From Candidatus Iainarchaeum sp. (lineage in GTDB: Archaea > B1Sed10-29 > WALL01), in assembly GCA_023129115.1 (NCBI GenBank), contig JAGMCR010000013.1, positions 1 to 64,000 on the forward strand: 64,000 nt of DNA. The letters are read 5' to 3'. Below, piece after piece: positions 57,856 to 64,000 of this stretch. Positions within the stretch are counted from its first letter, which is position 1; each line of letters starts with the position of its first letter. The notes under the pieces are model-generated. The model saw nothing but the letters and a program-made list of their open reading frames with translations. It was not told where the DNA came from and did no database searches. Position numbers and translations under genes: made by a program.

Positions 57856-57915
57856 CTGTCTAGACGTTACGATTAATACCACTAGCTTTATATAATGTCT
57901 AGACGTTACGATTAA
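57856..57915. promoter_or_regulatory. Paired TGTCTAGACGTTACGATTAA operators flanking a TATA box
   Basis: Copies at 57857 and 57896 with TTTATATA between. Confidence 0.75.
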
Positions 57916-57918
57916 TCA

Positions 57919-60900
57919 ATGCCCAAGGGTTTGGAGGAAAGGAAGCTCGGCCGCAAGCCCGGCTTTAAGTTCCCGAAGGTCGAGCCGGACAAGCTGCGGC
58001 CAATAATCAAGGATTATCTTGAGAAGAAAAGGGATTCGCTCGCGGACGGCTTCTGGACGCACGAGGACCAGGCGGCGACTGCGGTGCGCATGATGGTCGG
58101 GAAGCTCGTGCGGGACCGCGGCCTGCAGGTGAGCGAAGTCACTCAAGACCATTTCCCTGAGTTTGGCATGGGGAGCGCGCTTAGGGTTTTCGGCTCGAAG
58201 GAAAACGCGCTCAAGGCCGCGGGGTTTTCTGACGAGCTAATCAATACAAAGCCGGCGGAGCACGATGTCGCGAGCATTCGAAACGCGGTCCGCTTGATTG
58301 AGGGCGTCAAGGGCCCGGGGGACATTGACGAGGCTTTGCACAACTTGCACCGCAGGGTGTTCGGTGATTCTCCCAAGCGGGTCAGCTATCGTTATTTGCT
58401 GAAGCTCGCGGAAGAATACACGGACATCAATTATCGCACGCTTTACCAGCTCTTCAACCCGAAGTATTCCCGGTTCAAGGATTTCGACAAGGGCCTCAAG
58501 GACGGCATAAAAGCAATCCGCAGGCACTGGCGCATCGGGGAAAAAGTGGCGGTGAAGCGTGAAGTGTACTCGCCGCTTGACCGCGGTTTGCTGGAGAAGC
58601 GAAAGCGGGCGAGTGCCGACGAGCGAAAGGCGGCTCACTGGTTTAACGTTAATCTCAAGGATGCTAGTACTGCTTCCGTCGGGGGGCTGAGGCGCGGCCT
58701 CACGGTATTGCCGCTGCTTTCGCACGAGGTGCGTGTGGCAATCCTCGCGCGCCTTAAGCCTGAGAACTATGACTATCGCGTGTCTTTCAGGAAAGGCGTC
58801 GTGGGGTTGACTACGAAGGAGCGGGAGGCGATAAGGCCGCACGTGCCCCCCGGGCTCAAGGAGCTTTTTGACGAAATCCCGCTTGGCGGAGTGGACCTGG
58901 AGCTGCCTTCGGCAAAGGCGGCTGAGGAAGACTTGTGGGAGAAGCAGAGGGAGCTCCAGAGGCTGGAGACCCAGAAACTGATTGAGGAGTGGAAGGAAGA
59001 GCTGCTGGAAGAGGGGGAGAGGCAATTGCGGGAGAAGGCGAGGGACGAGCAGGACTACCAGAAAATGCGTAGGGCAGAGGAAGAAAAGCTGGAGAGGCAG
59101 CGCAAGGCGGAGACGTGGAGGCGCTTGCTGAAGGAGAAGAGGGCGGAGCAGGAAAGGGAGGGGAGGGAGAAGGCGCTTGAGGAAAAGAAGAGGCAGCGCC
59201 AGGAAATGAAGCAGAAGCTGTTCGAGGAAAAAGAGGAAAAGAAGCGCTTGGGGATGGAGGCGAAGCGGCTCAAGAAGCAAAAGGAAGAGCAGGAGCGCGA
59301 GGCGCAGAAGGAATGGGAAAAGCAGCAAAAAGAATTGCAGAAACAGAAAGAAGCCGCGGAAGTTGTCGAGAAAGGCGTTGCCTTCTTGGAGGAGTCGGCT
59401 GAGGGAGAGGGTTGGTTCGTTAGTTCTAAGGAGCGTGTGGACCGGGTCCCGCTTTCGTTCTTGTCGGGGGAGCTAGACAAGCCTGGCCCGAGACTAGGGA
59501 AGTATTTTGATGGCATGTCCTCCGAGCAGCTGGAGCGCGTGAAGGCGGCTGCAGACAAAAACGCGGCAAAGCAGGCGGCGAAGAAGGCGGTGAAGCAAAG
59601 GGCGGTGGAAGAGCAGGAGCTGGCGAGGCGGGAGGCCTGGGCGAAGAGACAGGCGGAAATGGAGAAGGCTCGGGCGAAGAGAAAAGAGGAAGTGGAGAAG
59701 GCTCTGGAAGCGAAAGCCGGGGAGGAAGCGAGGCTAATCAAGGAGCTCACCGAAGCCAGCGCCCCAGACCTCCCTGCCATGACACATACCCAGAAGATTT
59801 ACGAGTTCGGCCGCACGCACAAGGGCTTCAGGACAAACGAATTGATGGCGTGGCTGGAGGCACGCGATCCAACCATCTCGCGCAATCGCCATGGCGTGTA
59901 CTATGCTATTGGGCGAATGTACAGGAACAAAAAAGAGCTGTCCAAGACGGACAGCGTCTACACTTTTACTCCGGAGGGGGAGCGCAGCATCAAGCTCCAC
60001 GAGGGCCTCAAGGGGAAGAGAACCCCAGAGACCATGGCCGAAAGAATCTTCTCTTTGGTAGAGCCGGGAGTGGGGTATTCAAGCCACTGGCTTATCGAGA
60101 ACCTGTCCAAGCATTACAAGGAAGACAAGGACCTGGACTCCAAGACGTTCAGCACCAAGATTCACGCCAGCCTGCACACCGGCCTTCTCTTCGAAAGGCC
60201 GGACTATGTTTATTTCCTGACGCCCAGGGGGGTCGAGAACAGGAAGCCGATTGCGTCCGTCCATGACCTCAAGGAAGCGCTGGGCGAGCCCCCCGCAGAA
60301 ATTGCCGGCGAGGCCGTTGAGCTGGAGATTGGCGGCAAGCCCAGAAGGGTCGTGCTCACCCCCAAAGAAAAGGAGATCCTGGGCAAGCTCCGTGGCGGCT
60401 TCGAGAAAAAGACTTTGCGCTTTGTCGCCACCGAAAGGTTCCTCCAGGCTTACGGCAATTTGATAGTGCCGGAGGTGGAAAAGCTGGCACTGAAGTTCCT
60501 CAGGGACAACCCGACTGCCGGGGCACTTGAGACCCTGCGCGTTATAGTGGGCACCATGTACGCGGACCCCAAGACGGCGAGTGCCGGCAGGATTATCAGC
60601 AACGTAAGGGCAGAGCTCGCCAAGGAAGGCATTGAAGTAAAAGAGCCAGCCCCGCAGAAGGCGGTTGCGCCCGAGGGGCCCAGCGCCACGGAGGAAGAGC
60701 TCTGGGCGGAAATAATTGCGCGGCAGAAAGAAGAGGAGAAACAAAAGAAGAAAGAAGAGCCAAAAAAGCCTTCAGGCGCGGGGAAGCCGGGCAGGGCAAA
60801 ATTCGGGGAAGAGCGCCCGCCCGTGTCGCTGAAGGACTTGCCGGCCACAGAACAGTACAACCTCGCTGTCCAGGCCCGCAACCTGCGCAAGAAGTTCAGC

Positions 60901-61008
60901 CCCAGCCAAGCCGTGCGATTCCTGGCCGAGCAGATAGAGGCCAAGGGCTACGGCAAGGCCGACGCAGTAAGAATAGCAAAGGAAATCCTGGAGAAAGAAA
61001 AGCAATAG
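57919..61008 (+). CDS. Hypothetical multidomain protein with coiled coil and two wHTH-like domains
   Basis: E/K-rich coiled coil, VYTFTPEG and VYFLTPRG wing motifs, shared C-terminal module. Confidence 0.8.
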   Translation: MPKGLEERKLGRKPGFKFPKVEPDKLRPIIKDYLEKKRDSLADGFWTHEDQAATAVRMMVGKLVRDRGLQVSEVTQDHFPEFGMGSALRVFGSKENALKAAGFSDELINTKPAEHDVASIRNAVRLIEGVKGPGDIDEALHNLHRRVFGDSPKRVSYRYLLKLAEEYTDINYRTLYQLFNPKYSRFKDFDKGLKDGIKAIRRHWRIGEKVAVKREVYSPLDRGLLEKRKRASADERKAAHWFNVNLKDASTASVGGLRRGLTVLPLLSHEVRVAILARLKPENYDYRVSFRKGVVGLTTKEREAIRPHVPPGLKELFDEIPLGGVDLELPSAKAAEEDLWEKQRELQRLETQKLIEEWKEELLEEGERQLREKARDEQDYQKMRRAEEEKLERQRKAETWRRLLKEKRAEQEREGREKALEEKKRQRQEMKQKLFEEKEEKKRLGMEAKRLKKQKEEQEREAQKEWEKQQKELQKQKEAAEVVEKGVAFLEESAEGEGWFVSSKERVDRVPLSFLSGELDKPGPRLGKYFDGMSSEQLERVKAAADKNAAKQAAKKAVKQRAVEEQELARREAWAKRQAEMEKARAKRKEEVEKALEAKAGEEARLIKELTEASAPDLPAMTHTQKIYEFGRTHKGFRTNELMAWLEARDPTISRNRHGVYYAIGRMYRNKKELSKTDSVYTFTPEGERSIKLHEGLKGKRTPETMAERIFSLVEPGVGYSSHWLIENLSKHYKEDKDLDSKTFSTKIHASLHTGLLFERPDYVYFLTPRGVENRKPIASVHDLKEALGEPPAEIAGEAVELEIGGKPRRVVLTPKEKEILGKLRGGFEKKTLRFVATERFLQAYGNLIVPEVEKLALKFLRDNPTAGALETLRVIVGTMYADPKTASAGRIISNVRAELAKEGIEVKEPAPQKAVAPEGPSATEEELWAEIIARQKEEEKQKKKEEPKKPSGAGKPGRAKFGEERPPVSLKDLPATEQYNLAVQARNLRKKFSPSQAVRFLAEQIEAKGYGKADAVRIAKEILEKEKQ

Positions 61009-61077
61009 TAGTTTCATCCGTATTCAATATCTCCCGCAAACAAAGGTCTTTATAAACTACTCCTGCGTTTATTGCGT

Positions 61078-64000
61078 ATGCCCAAGCGCGGAAAGAAAAA
61101 GCGTGGCTCCAGGTTCAGCGTCGACAAGGCGGTTGTCCATCTCGAGAGCCGCATCGATTCCGGCGAGGGCTGGCCGCTCACACAAGGGAGGAGGCGGCCT
61201 GATGGCTTGCCGGCCTCTTTTTTGGGCAAGAAGTTTGGCGTTAGCACGGCCACGGTTTTACGCCACTTCGAAGGCATCAGCGCCGGGCACAAGAAGCGCC
61301 TTGCAACAACAGTCAAGAAAAACGCAGCAATCCAGGCAGCGAAGCGCGAGAGCGGCGAAGTAGGCAAGCTCTTCAAGAGGAGGGGGGACGCAATCCTCCA
61401 CATAGAGCAGCTCGTCCAGTCCGGCGAGGGCTGGCCGATTACCGATGGCGTACCAAGTAAGTATGGCATACCAATCCACGGGCTGGCGAGGCGCTTTGGA
61501 GTCGCCCCCGAGACTGTGAGGGCGTGGTTCGATACAATGTCTGCCACGCACACAAAACAAATCAAGGCAGCAGTGAAGAAAAACGAAAGAATCCAAAAAA
61601 AGAAGCGCGAGACCGAAGGCCAGGCGACGGCGTGGACAAAGAAAAATCTTGACGCCGCCCTTAATCACTTGGACGGGCTCGTCCAGTCCGGCGAGGGCTG
61701 GCCGTTGGGCAAGGGCAGGAGGCGCGCCGATGGGGCGCCGCTCACTCTCCTGGCAGCGCAGCTTGGCTATTCCCACAAGGGGGTGACTCACTGGTTTGAC
61801 AACATCACTCCCAGGCACGCGGCTCGCTTGGCAAAGATTGTCGCGAAAAACAATGCCGTCCAAGAAAAAAAGAAGGCGGCCGGCGAGCCCAGGCTGTCGG
61901 CAGCGGGGATAAACTGCGAGGCTGCCCTGTCCCATTTGGAGTCGCTTGTTAAGTCTGGTGCCGGGTGGAGCCTGCACTACGTAAGGCGCTCCGACAGCGT
62001 GCCGACCAGTATTGTGGCCAATCACTTGGGGGTTTCTTATTCGACGGCCATGCGCTTGTTTGAGAAGCTTCACCCCAGCCACGAGAAGCGCGTGAAGAAA
62101 GTCGTGAATGCAAACAAGCGGCTGCAGAAGAAGCTGGAAAAGCTCTATGGGCCGCTTAATCCCAAAACTCGGGCGCAGCTCGAAAAGGCCCTCGGCCACT
62201 TGGACTCGCTTGTGAAGTCGGGCGAGGGGTGGGAGCTGGCCGGCGGCAGGCCGCCGAAGCATGGTGTCCCCTACGGCGTTTTGGCCGATAAGTTCAACAT
62301 GACGAACGCAGGCGTGCGCGTGTGGTTCACCAATATGGGGAGCGTCCACGCGAAGCGGCTGAAAAAGATTGTTGCGGCGAATGACCGGATTCGGAAGAAA
62401 AAACTGGGGACCGAGGGGGTCTCGCGGGCGGAGGCGGTAATGCGGCGGGAGGCCGCCATCGAGCACCTTGAAGAGCGCGTCAATTCCGGGGAGGGCTGGT
62501 CTATTAAGGGGCGGAGGACGGCTGACGCGATTCCTTTCACGCTTTTGGGCAAGAAGTTCAACAGGCGCGCCAATATTGTTGCGGCATGGTTCAAGAACAT
62601 GCCTGCAGGCCACAAGAAGCGCGTGGAAAGGGTGCTCAGGAAGAACGCTAAGCTGTGGGAGAGGACGGGAGAATCCACGTTGCACAAGAACCGCGGGCAA
62701 GCAATTTCTTATCTCGAGTCCCGCGTGGAGTCGGGCGAGGGCTGGGACACTGCCTATGTCAAGCATGCGCTGGGCGTTCCCCTCCAGCTTTTGGTCGAGC
62801 ACTTTAAGACAAGCGTGACCACGCCGGGGAAGTGGTTCGCGGACGTGCCGGCTGCCCACAAGAAGCGCATCAAGAAGGTCGTGAAAGAGAATGATGCGCT
62901 TCAGTACGAAAACGTGGATACTGTCGGCCGCTGGGCACAGGACAGGCACGAGGCGTTGTCCCACTTGGAGAATCGTGTGAAGTCCGGCGAGGGCTGGCCG
63001 TTGCGCGGCAGGAAGTGGGGCAAGCCCCCGTATACTCTATTGGCGGAGCATTTCAATGTCGCCTCGCCCACTGTAAAGCGTTGGTTCGAAAAAATTGGTG
63101 AATCGCACCACGCGCGCCTCAACAAAGTGTTGACGGAGAACACAGTTCTCCAAAAGAAAAAGGGGGAGGGTGTGCTCTCCCCACAAGAATTGAGGAAGCT
63201 TGAGAAATCACTCGCCTTCCTCGAGGGCCGTGTTGGGTCGGGCGAGGGCTGGTCCAGGCGCTACGGCCGCAGGCACCCCGACCGCTTGCCGGTCATGCTT
63301 CTGGCCGACGGGCTTAATGCAAGCAAGGAGAAGGTCAAGCAGTGGTTCTCGAAGGCCACTCCAGGCCATGTAGAGCGCTTGGCGAAAGTCGTTGAGGCGA
63401 ACGACGAGCTCCAGGACGCGAAGCCCCCACAGAAGTCCAGCACGTCCAGTGTCGTGGTACTCAAGAAAATCAACGCGGCCATGGGCCGCCTAGACGAATT
63501 GCTGGAGGAGGGCGGGTGGCGCCCCTCTTGGCGCGCGGACGGTGTGCCTGTTTCCGTCATCGCGAAGGAGATGAAGAAGAGTGGCCCAACAGTGAGGTAC
63601 TGGCTGGAGAGGATGACCGAGGAACAAAAGGCGCGGTTGACCGCACAAGTGAAAAAGAATGCTGGGATTCAGGCCGCGAGAGCTGAAGAATCGAAGAGGC
63701 AGGCAGAAGAAATCAAAAAGGCGAAGGCGGCCGAGCGCGGGAGGCAGAAGCAAGCCGAGCGGCTTGCGGAGAGGGAGAAAAAGATTGATGATTCACTTGA
63801 CCACTTGAAAACATTGCTTGGGGGGGATGGCTGGTCGCTGAAGCACGGAAGAAACCGGGTGGACCGGGCGCCGGTTCGCATTATGGGCAAGCTTCACGGC
63901 GTCAGCCGGCTGACCGCCGCCTCGTGGATGAACAACGCGACCGAAGAGCAGAAGCAGCGGCTCGCGGTTCTCGTGGGGGAGAATGACGCAATCCAGGCGG
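61078..64000 (+). CDS. Tandem HTH-like repeat protein, at least 974 aa, runs off the window (not in ORF track)
   Basis: Hand translation from ATG 61078 has no stop; 11 repeats with SGEGW-type motif; TTTATAA at ~61049. Confidence 0.85.
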   Translation, partial: MPKRGKKKRGSRFSVDKAVVHLESRIDSGEGWPLTQGRRRPDGLPASFLGKKFGVSTATVLRHFEGISAGHKKRLATTVKKNAAIQAAKRESGEVGKLFKRRGDAILHIEQLVQSGEGWPITDGVPSKYGIPIHGLARRFGVAPETVRAWFDTMSATHTKQIKAAVKKNERIQKKKRETEGQATAWTKKNLDAALNHLDGLVQSGEGWPLGKGRRRADGAPLTLLAAQLGYSHKGVTHWFDNITPRHAARLAKIVAKNNAVQEKKKAAGEPRLSAAGINCEAALSHLESLVKSGAGWSLHYVRRSDSVPTSIVANHLGVSYSTAMRLFEKLHPSHEKRVKKVVNANKRLQKKLEKLYGPLNPKTRAQLEKALGHLDSLVKSGEGWELAGGRPPKHGVPYGVLADKFNMTNAGVRVWFTNMGSVHAKRLKKIVAANDRIRKKKLGTEGVSRAEAVMRREAAIEHLEERVNSGEGWSIKGRRTADAIPFTLLGKKFNRRANIVAAWFKNMPAGHKKRVERVLRKNAKLWERTGESTLHKNRGQAISYLESRVESGEGWDTAYVKHALGVPLQLLVEHFKTSVTTPGKWFADVPAAHKKRIKKVVKENDALQYENVDTVGRWAQDRHEALSHLENRVKSGEGWPLRGRKWGKPPYTLLAEHFNVASPTVKRWFEKIGESHHARLNKVLTENTVLQKKKGEGVLSPQELRKLEKSLAFLEGRVGSGEGWSRRYGRRHPDRLPVMLLADGLNASKEKVKQWFSKATPGHVERLAKVVEANDELQDAKPPQKSSTSSVVVLKKINAAMGRLDELLEEGGWRPSWRADGVPVSVIAKEMKKSGPTVRYWLERMTEEQKARLTAQVKKNAGIQAARAEESKRQAEEIKKAKAAERGRQKQAERLAEREKKIDDSLDHLKTLLGGDGWSLKHGRNRVDRAPVRIMGKLHGVSRLTAASWMNNATEEQKQRLAVLVGENDAIQA

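Noticed and set aside
55822-57915. CRISPR array from TGTCTAGAC repeats or from the tRNA-end repeats
   Set aside because: Only pairs or irregular spacing, the spacers contain TATA boxes or genes, and no cas genes are present
61258-62964. 568-aa minus-strand ORF and other long antisense ORFs (e.g. 40610-41929, 51721-52944, 58237-59328, 19172-20245)
   Set aside because: Shadows of GC-rich coding sequence on the opposite strand; the real genes carry recognisable motifs or repeats

Overview
Archaeal chromosomal segment. Markers include archaeal type II GAPDH, Alba, Sec61beta, Orc1/Cdc6, an ATP-dependent ligase, SRP RNA and TATA-type promoters. A DPANN-like lineage is my inference from gene style, not proven. 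Core genes: lower glycolysis (gap, pgk, eno, gpmI, apgM), iorAB, aspS, lig, ogg, tRNA-Ser(GCT), SRP RNA. Between them lie many accessory genes: two convergent AbiEi/AbiEii pairs, two Fic proteins, small TA-like pairs, surface proteins and orphans. Three signals stand out. (1) Integrase-free cargo is stacked behind duplicated ends of core genes (tRNA-Ser, eno, lig, a surface-protein gene, a nucleotidyltransferase). The protein-gene 3' duplicates differ almost only at synonymous sites, and small hairpin repeat families sit at several junctions. (2) A HerA/FtsK-like ATPase is followed by mosaic basic proteins sharing a C-terminal module and paired TGTCTAGAC operators. This cluster ends in an ORF missing from the supplied track (61078 to beyond the window end) with 11 tandem ~85-aa HTH-like repeats whose putative recognition helices vary. 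(3) One small N-terminal domain is shared by the AbiEii and Fic proteins and co-occurs with TAGTG-core DNA motifs. Family calls rest on motifs recognised by eye; no searches were run.
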